From assembly GCF_044704955.1 (NCBI RefSeq), contig NW_027252889.1, forward strand, positions 248,001-312,000: a stretch of DNA of 64,000 nt, in the 5' to 3' direction. The position numbers and the translations under genes are program-made. Under the pieces are notes generated by a model. That model was given only the letters and a program-made list of their open reading frames with translations. It had not been told where the DNA came from and ran no database searches. The stretch's first letter is position 1; every line of letters starts with the position of its first letter. Positions 28,075 through 38,256 of this stretch are shown piece after piece. The stretch is from Pristiophorus japonicus. Lineage: Eukaryota.

Positions 28075-30711
28075 GTATTCATTAACACCATGTTGGCGCT
28101 GCGGGGGCAGTCATAGAGCTCGTCAATGTCAATTCAAGCCATATGTGTGCAAGGACTGTGGAACAACGGGGCATCTCCTGTGAATGTGCAAATGACCTGT
28201 GACTCACCATGTGGCAGAGTCAGGAGAGGACGACCGATCCAGTGAGGATCACGCTGAACAAGGAGAGGAAACGCAACCTGAGGGTGAAGAGGAAGTATAC
28301 GGGATACACATCTTCAACACCAAAAGCCCTCCGATAATGTTAAAAGTTGAACTCAATGACACTCGAGTCTCCATGGAATGGGGGGGCGAGTCAATCAATT
28401 ATGAGCCAGAAGGCATTCGAGAGGCTTCGGGCAACAAAACACAACGACCCAAGCTGATCCAGATTCAGGCAAAGCTGTGCACCTACACCAAGGAACTGAT
28501 ACCAGTTATTGGTATTGCGGACATAAGACTATCCCATGAGGGAGCGGTGCACGATTTAGCACTTTGGATTGTTCCAGGTGATGGGCCAACTCTTGGTAGG
28601 TGGATGGGGAAGATTCGATGGAACTGGGAAGACCTCTGCGTACTTTCTCCGGCAATCGATGTCTCCCTTGCTCAAAGACTGACCAAAGCCCCACCTTCAG
28701 CTGAACCAGGCATCAAAGTGCAGATCCATTTGCAGATCCCAGAGGCACAGGACGCTCATCACGACCATGAGGAGATGAAGATCAACCGAGCAGCAGTACA
28801 GGCACGATACCCACCACCCGAAGCCGATGATCTTTTCGCGACGATGGAAGAGGCTCCAGGTCGACCAAGCAGAGTGGGACTCCGGCCGAAACGATCCGAA
28901 AGCGTCCTTCCGACGCCAGAGGCAAAATCCCTGGGGAGGAAGATCACGGCAGTCGGCATCACGGACACGGACGAGAGTATGTCCAGACCACGGGACGGGG
29001 GAGCGTCCAGACCACGGGACGGGGGAGCGTCCAGACCACGGGACGTCGCCGCTATGAAACAGAGACATGTGTTGCCCAGCAAGGAAGACAACTGGGTTTG
29101 GGGCAAAGGTAAAGGGGCGGCTGCTGAGAAGGCCAGGAACCCACTATGTTCTAATAAGTTGTTTGCACTGTGTAACCCATGTGAGCGTTCTTTCGCGGCC
29201 AATGATGTACTATCATATGGGGTCGGGGGTATCTTACAACAAGCCAAAGTAGCGGGCGAACACCAACCGGTCATATATGTATCTGACAAAGTATTTATAA
29301 CAAGTGAGGTGTTACCACACGGGGTCGGGCGTGTTGTGCAGCAAGCCAAAGTAGCAGGCGAGCCCCAACCTGTTGTACATGTATCCAATAAGTTGACCAA
29401 GGCTGTAGCCTGGGCTCACGGGACAAAAGAGATGTACCAAAGAGTGTCCCAATATGTGCTCGAGTCAGACAAGCTGCCTATCCCACAGTTTTGGGAGAGC
29501 AGAGGCACCATTAAGGATGTGTTGTTTCGAGAATGTCTAACACTGTAACATGATCCGCCACGGACCAGGCACTGAGAATGGCGCCAATGCCCTCAGTTAG
29601 CTACAGTTGCCCAACATCGGAGTGGAAACACCGCAGTCTGCAGACCTACTCGTTGTTGTGGAAGTGCTAGAAAGTGAGGGGTCAACTGTAACGGCCACCC
29701 AGTTTAGGACCTGGACCAGTCAGGATCCCACATTACCGCCCGCCAATGGTGAACCGCTAGATGGGATGTTGCAGCTTATCCGTCGCAAAGACAAAAGGCT
29801 CATCCCATCAGATTGCCTCCTATGGGGCAACCCTGCAACATTGCAAAGAAAGGCAGGGAGGCTACACACAGTCGGTGGTCCGGGGCCTCCATATCATGGC
29901 CCAGGATCCACAGGGACCACGCGGCCTCCCGCCACTACTGAAAGTCTCAAGGCCATATCGACCATCCTGGGCTTGCCAGACCTTAGGGTCAGCGACAATA
30001 GTCCGGAGCAGGTAGCCCAAATCACAAAGCCAAGCACCACACGTGTCACGGTGGACTCCCTACAGACCCGGCTATTCCGGGTGCTACGCAGTCACCAGAC
30101 AGAAGCACTCAGAACCGAGCCTTCCATATAGTATCAGCAGAGAATGCACCATGATCAGAATAAATGATGTAGACCATGTTCAGAGCCCCAGATAGGCCGC
30201 TAGCACTGTATTAGCCAAAGAGGGGAATGGAGTGTGTGTGATGAAAATGGAGCATTTGATTGTGAAACCATGTACTGGGCAAACGCAGAAAGCATTTGGA
30301 CCAGACCAAACTGCGAACTACAGATAACCAGGAACCACTGTGAAAGACCTGGCCCCCAGCGATCCACTAACACAATCGACCTCACCGTCAACCACAAGAA
30401 TGAACCCACCATGCCAGGACTTCAACTCAGGCAATCGACCCGGGGACGCAGGGCGCCAGATCGCCTCAACTTGTACATAAGACTTTGGAGGGGGCGGGGG
30501 GGGGGGAGTGATGTTATATATGTATGTAAACCTCACCGATATGTAACACTTGCCACTAGGGGGCACACCTGTGGGAGACCCAAGGGTCACCTGTGCACCC
30601 TGGGCAAGCAGGTATAAAAGGTGACTCACCATGCTGCTTCTCCACTCTGGAGTCTGAATCAAGAGACCAAGGTCACAACAGTTTGAGCTTGGATTTATTC
30701 TGAACATAACA
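28075..30711 (+). mobile_element. Ty3/Gypsy LTR retrotransposon derivative, 5' end missing, internally deleted; 3' LTR 30512-30711
   Basis: Knuckle remnant CKDCGTTGHL; ORF 28199-29548 with a protease-like [15 protein letters not shown] and two RNase H-type YGVGGILQQ / HGVGRVVQQ segments; integrase remnants; polypurine tract 30487-30508; LTR TG...CA with tataaaag at 30613. Confidence 0.85.
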
Positions 30712-30769
30712 GTGATTATATCTTGTGGTTCCTCATCAGTTCTGATCATCAGTTATTTACTATTCACAG

Positions 30770-31123
30770 GTCTAAAGGCAAGTCCGGTTCTTATCCAGTC
30801 CCCAGAAGTTGTGACGGTGCCCGAGGGTGGGACGGTGCAGTTTCGGTGTACCCTGGAGAGCAGCAATGTGAATGACCGTGTGGATAAATATACTGTACAC
30901 TGGTACCTCTCACAGGATAGGAAACACATAATATTTTCTCATTATGTAGGTGGCAGGATTTACCGATCACGCGGTTTCTCTGAGCGGTTTCAGCTTTCCA
31001 GAGATGTTGCCAGTAACAGCTACATTCTGACCATCAGAGGCGTGGAGCGCAGAGACAGCGCGGTCTATATCTGTGGTATTTGGGGATCAATCTATGGAAA
31101 TGGAACCCGGCTGAATGTAACCA
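30770..31123 (+). CDS. Ig V-set exon with in-exon J-like G strand (VJ exon 1), intact, phase 1/1
   Basis: Acceptor tttactattcacag|GT, donor ACCA|gtaagt; 354 nt open: SPVLIQSP..VPEGGTVQFRC..VHWY..SERFQLSRD..YILTIRGVERRDSAVYICGIWGSIYGNGTRLNVT, with canonical C, W, D-x-A-x-Y-x-C and G-x-G-T. Confidence 0.95.
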
Positions 31124-31539
31124 GTAAGTACTTTCTATATTATATTGTTTTTCGACCTAATGTTACCGTACAAATATCTTGTTTAAATGTTATACAAACT
31201 GTTCCTTTTACAGTAACAACACTGAGTTTTAACTACAGAATGGAGGGTGAAATCTGGGCCAAACTCAATTTGTTTTTAACAGAACAAATAATTGTGAGCA
31301 CATGGTGGGACAAAATCTCACACACAGGATTCAACGGTAAAATACATGTTGAGGGAAAAGTGCAGTAATAGGAATAATTTAGAGAGCTCGAAACCATGAA
31401 ATCGACCCTGAAATTAACCCTCTGCCCCCCCCCATGCTGTGCGGGAGAGCATCGGAGGGGTGGGTGTTAGTGTTAATTATGGGAAAATTGTCCCCAACAT
31501 GCCCAAGTCCTCCAGATAGCGCACGCTCTCCTTTCCCTT

Positions 31540-31740
31540 CCCGATCATGGCCTATCTCACCTTCCTCACCCAATCAGGCCTCTCTGTCTCTCTCTCCCCC
31601 ACCCGATCGTGACCTCTCTCTCTCCCCCACCCGATCGTGACCTCTCTCTCTCACTCTCTCTCTCCCCCCCACCCGATCGTGACCTCTCTCTCTCCCTCAC
31701 CCAATCGTGACCTCTCTCTCTCTCCCCCAGCCCAATCATG

Positions 31741-31773
<33 letters not shown>

Positions 31774-31846
31774 CCACCCGATCGTGGCCTCTCTCTCTCT
31801 CCCCCGTACGATCGTGGCCTCTCTCTCTCTCTCCCACCCGATCATG

Positions 31847-31881
<35 letters not shown>

Positions 31882-32121
31882 CGCCGGATCGTGGCCACTC
31901 TCTCTCTCCCCGCCCGATCATGGCCTCTCTCTCTCTCCCTGCCCGATCATGGCCTCTCTCTCTCTCTCCCCGCCCAATCGTGGCCTTTCTCTCTCTCTCT
32001 CTCTCCCCCCGCCCGATCGTGGCCTCTCTCTCTCTCTCCCCGCCCGATCGTGGCCTCTCTCTCTCTCCCCGCCCGATCATGGCCTCTCTCTCTCTCTCTC
32101 TCTCTCCCCGCCCGATCGTGG

Positions 32122-32163
<42 letters not shown>

Positions 32164-32512
32164 CGCCCGATCGTGGCCTCTCTCTCTCTCTCCCCGCCCG
32201 ATCGTGGCCTCTCTCTCTCTNNNNNNNNNNNNNNNNNNNNNNNNNNNNNNNNNNNNNNNNNNNNNNNNNNNNNNNNNNNNNNNNNNNNNNNNNNNNNNNN
32301 NNNNNNNNNNNNNNNNNNNNNNNNNNNNNNNNNNNNNNNNNNNNNNNNNNNNNNNNNNNNNNNNNNNNNNNNNNNNNNNNNNNNNNNNNNNNNNNNNNNN
32401 NNNNNNNNNNNNNNNNNNNNNNNNNNNNNNNNNNNNNTCTCTCCCCCCGCCGATCGTATCCAGTCCCTCTGTCTCTTTCTCCCCCACCCCTCCAGATTGT
32501 GGCCTCTCTCTC
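31540..32512. repeat. (CT)n-rich compound satellite with ccgatcgtggc units, spanning an assembly gap (32221-32437, 217 N)
   Basis: Directly visible; variable-length (ct)n runs separated by cccgcccgatc[g/a]tggc. Confidence 0.95.
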
Positions 32513-33727
32513 TCTAATCTATCTAGGCATAGGGCCAGCAAGTAAATAAAGTAAACAGCTTGCATTTATATAGTGCTTGTCATGATCTCAGGATATCCCA
32601 AAGCGGTTTACAGCCAATGAAGTACTTTTGACGTGTAGTCACTGTTGTAATGTCGGAAACACAGCAGCCAAGTTGTGCACAGCAAGCTCCCAGTTTTAGT
32701 TGCTGCAGAAATGATGTTATCCAGTTGCTCAGACTCCAAACATCACATTAAGAAATTGATTCATTGGATTAATGGGTGATTTTTATACTAAAATCAATAA
32801 GCCAAAATATTCAATGAACTTCCTTTTTTACCAATATTTCTGCAGCAGGACTTGTTGTCATTAAAGAGTTCCAGTTAATGCACCGTCTAAATGTAGGTGT
32901 TTCATACAATACTCTCAGGATTTTCTCCATCAAATTAACCCTTTGTCTGCTGCTCCTGTTGTATTCCTTCTGTAATATTATAATACATGTGAATGAGATA
33001 TAAAACCACCCCAACTATTCACAACATCTATCCATAATCCATTAACTATCATAAATCTGTGTGCACTTCTTGGCTGCACAAATTCACTTTCATGTTTTTG
33101 TCACACTTTTGGGGAGGGAGATTTTAAGTTTCCTGACTGGGCGGAAATCAGACGGGAGTGGATCAGCCTCCTATTTAAACCCACCCTCTACTGGCTCACT
33201 GGTCTTTACCGTCTCCCCCGCTCCCTCTCTCCCAACTCTCAGTCTCTCCTCCCTTTCTGCTCTCTGTCTCCTCGACTCTCTCTGTGCACTGCCTCCTCTA
33301 CTCTATCCTCCGCTCCCTCTCTACCCCTCAGCGCCCTCTCTCTGCTCCCAATACGGGTACAGTAGTGGAGTGTGGTGGTTATGTTACTAGACGAGTAATT
33401 GAGAGTCCCGCACTAATAATCCAGAGAACGTGGGTTCAAATCTCACCCTGGCAGTGAGAGAATTTCAAATCATATTAAAAATAAACACAAAGAAAAAAAA
33501 CCTGGTAGTGAAAACCTGTTACCAATAAATCCCTCATTCTCCCACCATCAACATCCCGGGGCTCACTACTGACCACGATCACTACTGGACCAGCCATTAT
33601 CCACAGTGTGGCTGCAGGAGCAACAGAACCGGTTTATATTTCTGTCCTACGCTGGTATTTATTGTGGAATTCCCACCCACACCTCTTCCACTGAATTTAT
33701 ACTGAAGTGATTTCCAAAATAAGACAG

Positions 33728-34647
33728 TGATGGTCACCATCTTTAGTGAAGCCGACACCCACCCAACCCTTGGTGAACTCAGGAGCCCGCTTTAGGGACA
33801 AGTACATCTCTTGGCAGCAGCGCAGTAAAGTTTGCGCCCAGGAACAGTTTGCATCTCAGTCAGCAAATTTCAGCAGCTGGGCCCCGAGTGTGGGGCGGAG
33901 AGCTAATGGAGGCGTTGCCCACCTCTTGTAGGGCACTTGGCTGGCTGAGAATGCGAAAATCCCGAGCTGAACAGCCGGCCTAGGAGCACTGTGAGAGAGG
34001 CCTGGGGGAAAAAATACTGAAAAAAACCCCACCAAAACATTGCCAATAAATAACTCACGTCACCACAACATAAATCACAAAACAAATTCAATAAAAACCA
34101 ACCACACTTACCCGAGGTGGACATGACTTACCTCACTGCAGCCGCTACAGGTCGGACTGCCCGCTTGCACAGGCGGTCCCAGCACGGCGCTCTACTGAGT
34201 GCTACAGATCTGGCGGGAGCCATAAACAACCAGGGGCGTTGCACACCGGCTCGCCTCTTCCAGGCGGTAATGCTCCACACCCTGAAACCCCCGGCAAGGC
34301 ACTGGAACCTGGCTGTCCAACCGGAGAGCTTACCGTCACCAATTCCGCACCTCCAGGGCGAAAACAGAGGCGACAAGCCGAAAATCCAGCCCAATGTTTT
34401 TACAGTGCATTACAACCCTCCCCTACAAGTTCAGCACAAGCCTGACAGTCTCCAGCACCAGGAAGGCTATCCCAACTTGCAGTGATTCACCGGTTTGTAC
34501 TCAGAATAACGAATCCAAGATGGCAGGCTCAACAGCTCAGTCACAGTAACAGCCGAGACAGCCACAAAGTTGGCAGCATTAAAACCCGCGAGGTGCTACG
34601 GTGCAACCGAGCACGAGTCAACAGCACCTCCCACAGCGAGCCGGAGG
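33728..34647 (+). pseudogene. Decayed C1-like Ig exon interrupted by a MITE (about 33781-34392)
   Basis: Piecing frames together gives MVTIFSEADTHPTLGEL [insert] FLQCITTLPYKFSTSLTVS/HQEG..IQDGRLNSSVTVT..(QSWQH)..Y-x-C-x-TEHES, ending at donor GAGG|gtgagt (34648); two stops and several frameshifts; weak acceptor. Confidence 0.45.
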
Positions 34648-35663
34648 GTGAGTGATGTGAGGGGGTTGGGGTCTCCAGTTCCAGGCCCAGTGTTGGCACT
34701 GCTGGAATACCACAAACTGAACGTTTCCAGGTTTGCAAATTTCACTCAAATTGCAAGTATTAAAGGAACATTTTCAAATATTGGATCTATGAGTGCCCTT
34801 CCTTCTATGTCCATCTCCTGGCTCGCCTCACACATTCTGTCCTTCGTAAGCTTGAGGTCATCCAAAACTCGGCTGATGGTGTCCTAACTCGCACCAAGTC
34901 CCACCCACCCATCACCCCTGTGCTCGTTGAGCTACATTGGCTCCCGGTTAAGCAACGCCTCGATTTTACAATTCTCATCCTTGTTTTCAAATCCCTCCAT
35001 GGCCGCGCCCTCTCTATCTCTGTAATCTCCTCCAGCCCTACAAACCCTCGAGATGTCTGCGCTCCTCTAATTCTGTCCTCCTGAGCATCCCTGATTATAA
35101 TCGCTCCACCATTGGTGGCCATGCCTTCTGTTGCCTGACCCCAAGCTCTGGAACTCCCTGCCTAAACCTCTCCACCTCTCCTTCTTCCTTTAAGATGTTC
35201 CTTAAAACCTACCTCTTTAACCACCTGCCCTAGTTTCTCCTTCTGTGGCTCGGTTAATTTTTTTGTCTAATAACATTCCTGTGAAGTGCCTTGGGACCTT
35301 TTACTGCATTAAAGGCGCTATATAAATACCAGTTGTTGTTCCCTCCCCAGGTCTCCCTTTACCAGTTTCCATGGTAGAATCAGACAGCACCGAAGGACAC
35401 CATTCGGCCCATTGTAACCGTGCCAGCCGGTGGATGAAAAGAAAAAGAACCTGCTCTTTTATTGGTGAACTTGTTCAAATAAAAGGCAGGGTTCACAGCA
35501 CAGGTTTTCCACAATTTGGATCGGAATCAGTAACAGACTAACCGCACTGCTCCAGGATTGATCTCTGTCTAACTTGTACTGCCTGGACTGTCCCTTTAAA
35601 TATCGGGAACATTTTGTAACCTTCAGACCGGTTTTTAAGTGATTGATATTTTTCCCATTAAAG

Positions 35664-35998
35664 GTGCAGTTGTCCCTGTCCTGACCCAGTCTCCGAGCCT
35701 GGAACGTGTCACAGAGGGTCACACGGCGCGGTTACAGTGCACCATGAGGAACGCCAGAGTGAGTGACACCGATGTCCACTGGTACCGGCAACTCCTGGGG
35801 CAAGATATGGAGTGGGTTTTAACACATGAGGCAAGTGGCAGCACACGAGGGAGCCCAGGTTCCACTGACCGTCTCCAGCCTTCCAGAGACACCTCCAATA
35901 ACAGCTTCGTTCTGATGTGCAGCCCAGTGACACTGCCGCCTATTACTGTAAAGTGTGGGGCGATATCAGCGGGAACGGAACCCAGCTCAATGTAACCA
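35664..35998 (+). pseudogene. Ig V-set VJ exon 2 with an apparent 10-bp frameshifting deletion at about 35915
   Basis: Acceptor tttttcccattaaag|GT, donor ACCA|gtaagt; PVLTQSP..EGHTARLQC..VHWYRQ..RLQPSRDTSNNSFVL / VQPSDTAAYYCKVWGDISGNGTQLNVT; only 2 nt lie between ctg and gtg where exon 1 has 12. Confidence 0.92.
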
Positions 35999-36140
35999 GT
36001 AAGTACAGTTCACATTGTAATAATATTATATCTGCGTCTGACATCACCTTGTGGTTCAGGGCTGGTAAAGGTCCAATATTTGATGGCAAATACCTTATTC
36101 TGTAAGTCCGGTCCCTAACATGTCCCTCTCACTTTCACAG

Positions 36141-36275
36141 ATCCTAACGTGCAAATGGATGAAGACCTGACGATTGTCTGGATCGGTATGGGGGCTGTGC
36201 TGGGACTTACTCTCATTGCTGGAGCTGCTCTTGTCTTCTGTATCAGACAGGCATGGTTCGGGAGACTGCAATCCT
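36141..36275 (+). CDS. Stalk + transmembrane exon of the VJ receptor, phase 1/1
   Basis: Acceptor ctctcactttcacag|AT, donor TCCT|gtatgt; 135 nt open: PNVQMDEDLTIVWIGMGAVLGLTLIAGAALVFCIRQAWFGRLQS; uncharged hydrophobic span with GAVLG (GxxxG); 142-bp intron after VJ exon 2. Confidence 0.88.
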
Positions 36276-36344
36276 GTATGTTTAAATAAATATTTCACGG
36301 TAACTCTACCACATCTGGATCAGCTGCCCATAGTCATTGAAGGG

Positions 36345-36585
36345 ATAAGAACAGAAAATACTGGAAACACTCAGCAGGTCAGGCAGCAACTGTGGAGCGA
36401 GAAACAGAGTTAACGTTTCAGGGTGATGACCTTGTGTCAGAACTGGAAGGGGTTAGGGATGAACAGCTTTTAAGCAAGTACACAGCCAGGGAAAGATGGG
36501 CATTCATAGGTGCTGTCTGAGTATTTCCAGCGTTTTCTGTTTTTATTTCAGATTTCCAGTATCCGCAGTATTTTTCTATTGTTTG
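36345..36585 (-). mobile_element. Palindromic Penelope-like short repeat with a 13-bp target-site duplication and a degenerate hammerhead
   Basis: agtcattgaaggg at 36332-36344 and 36586-36598; minus strand reads agtt-CTGACAC-aaggtcatcaccct-GAAAC-GTT-aact at 36408-36444. Confidence 0.75.
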
Positions 36586-36792
36586 AGTCATTGAAGGGCG
36601 AGAGTGTCAGCGAATTAAAGAGAGAGTTGGGTCGATTATTTTGGTGAAAGAAGTGTTATGGGCTACGAACGACACAGTACAGTTTGGGTTTGTGAGAACT
36701 TTGGGACCACCCAATGGCCTTTCCCAGACCTCCATGTTTCCGTGTTCCTATCTACACTCGGTGTTGGTGACATTCTGTGATTTCCTTTACAG

Positions 36793-36866
36793 CCCCGTCT
36801 GTCCACACTGCCACTACATTGCCAGCACCCAATTATGAAAACATCTCTCTTCCCGGACGCACACAA
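36793..36866 (+). CDS. Cytoplasmic exon 1 of the VJ receptor (YENI motif), phase 1/0
   Basis: Acceptor atttcctttacag|CC, donor ACAA|gtgagt; PSVHTATTLPAPNYENISLPGRTQ; phase matches the TM exon. Confidence 0.8.
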
Positions 36867-37893
36867 GTGAGTCGAGTTGGTTGGCCCAGTGCCAGTCTTT
36901 TGTTAATGTTCCTGGAGTATTTAAAGTAATATGGCCTAGAAATTCGATGACGTTGGGTCCATTTTACAGGCATAAAACGGGCACCTAAGTGTCCAGTGCA
37001 GTGGTCAAGCAGCACGTGTATATTGCATGTTGGGTGTGCACCACCCGCCATATTGGTATAGGCATCAAAAGAGGCGTCCAAGGCCCACGTCTGAAACAGC
37101 CATTAGTCCTTTGCATTTGCAAATCAGGGGCCGAGTGCCTGGTTGATGCTTCCTTTACCAAATTGGTTTGCCTGAACACAGCTGGCACCAGGCCGGCTGC
37201 ATTCAAGAAAACCAGGTCTTCCTGCAGCCTAACCAGCACCCCTCAATGGAGCCGCTGGAGGCCACCAGCAAAAGGGAAGTTTAAAATAAATACTTACATG
37301 AATGTGGAGCCGACAGGTGCAGGAGTGCCCCCGCACCTGTCTAGATTTCCCCCCCTCTCCCGGGCACATCCCCTTCTCCCGAGACCTATACCTGATGCAG
37401 TAACCACAAATTCAAATACTCTTCAACGCCGTGCTGCCTGGGGAGATCCGAGCAGGTGTCTGCAGCTCGTCGGTTTGGTGTAAATGAGAAGCCCGATATT
37501 GGGTGAGCTTTGGGCCTGTCCGTTCCAGCACAGAGATCGTTCTCTAGACTTGAATGTGGAGGCTCAGTCGTTGAGTATGTTCAAGACAGAGATCGATAGA
37601 TTTTTGGATATTAAGGCAATCGAGGGATATGGGGATAGTGCGGGAAAGTGGAGTCGAGGTACAAGATCAGCAATGATCTTACTGAATGGCGGAGCAGGCT
37701 CGAGGGGCCAAATGGCCGACTCCTGTACCTAATTCTTATGTTCTTATGTTGAACACACAACCTTCTGATTCAGAGATGAGAGTGCTACCAACTGAGCCAA
37801 GACAGACACCTTAGATTGTTGAGAGACACTAAAGTACCAAATATGCTGTTGCCTAAAGTGACCTATCTGGATTTCTTGCTTTCCTTTTTTCAG

Positions 37894-38256
37894 TTTTCCC
37901 AGAAGCCCAAGGAGTTGAGATCTGCCAACAGAGAAGCATGTACCTCCAGAAAATACCAAACTAGACGCTTCATTTCAGGACAAAGCAAGACTGAACAAGT
38001 GCTTGAGAAACACCAGCATTGCCGAGAACTGAAGGATCAGCAACTTCAACCAACACAATGGACTCACCAGCATCAGTCGGCACCAAGAGGTCACCAGCAC
38101 CAATCATCACTGAGGCGCTTTTTACCCTTTAAGAATTTAGCACCACCAACCAGCAACAAGACTTTATTGGCACCGACTGGTTCTGAACTCTATGCAAACC
38201 AAAGACAGATTAAACCTCATCTCTCCAAGAAGGTAACTATCAGGCCGGTAACATAG
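37894..38256 (+). CDS. Terminal cytoplasmic exon of the VJ receptor (120 aa, YANQ motif), phase 0
   Basis: Strong acceptor tttcttgctttccttttttcag|TTT; open to TAG at 38256 (tail of ORF 37816-38256); contains KYQT and ELYANQ; phase matches the preceding exon; candidate ATTAAA at 38540-38545. Confidence 0.68.
   Translation, partial: FSQKPKELRSANREACTSRKYQTRRFISGQSKTEQVLEKHQHCRELKDQQLQPTQWTHQHQSAPRGHQHQSSLRRFLPFKNLAPPTSNKTLLAPTGSELYANQRQIKPHLSKKVTIRPVT

Noticed and set aside
30712-31368. 218-aa single-exon gene from the ORF track
   Set aside because: Strong splice sites at 30769 and 31124 delimit the Ig domain; the remainder is intron read-through (likewise ORFs 35639-35995 and 35917-36105)
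31651-32565. Long SL/ER-rich ORFs
   Set aside because: Artefacts of (CT)n satellite and N gap
30770-35998. Rearranging Ig/TCR locus with V segments
   Set aside because: V and J-like parts are contiguous in one exon ending at a splice donor; I saw no heptamer-spacer-nonamer at the exon ends and no separate J cluster
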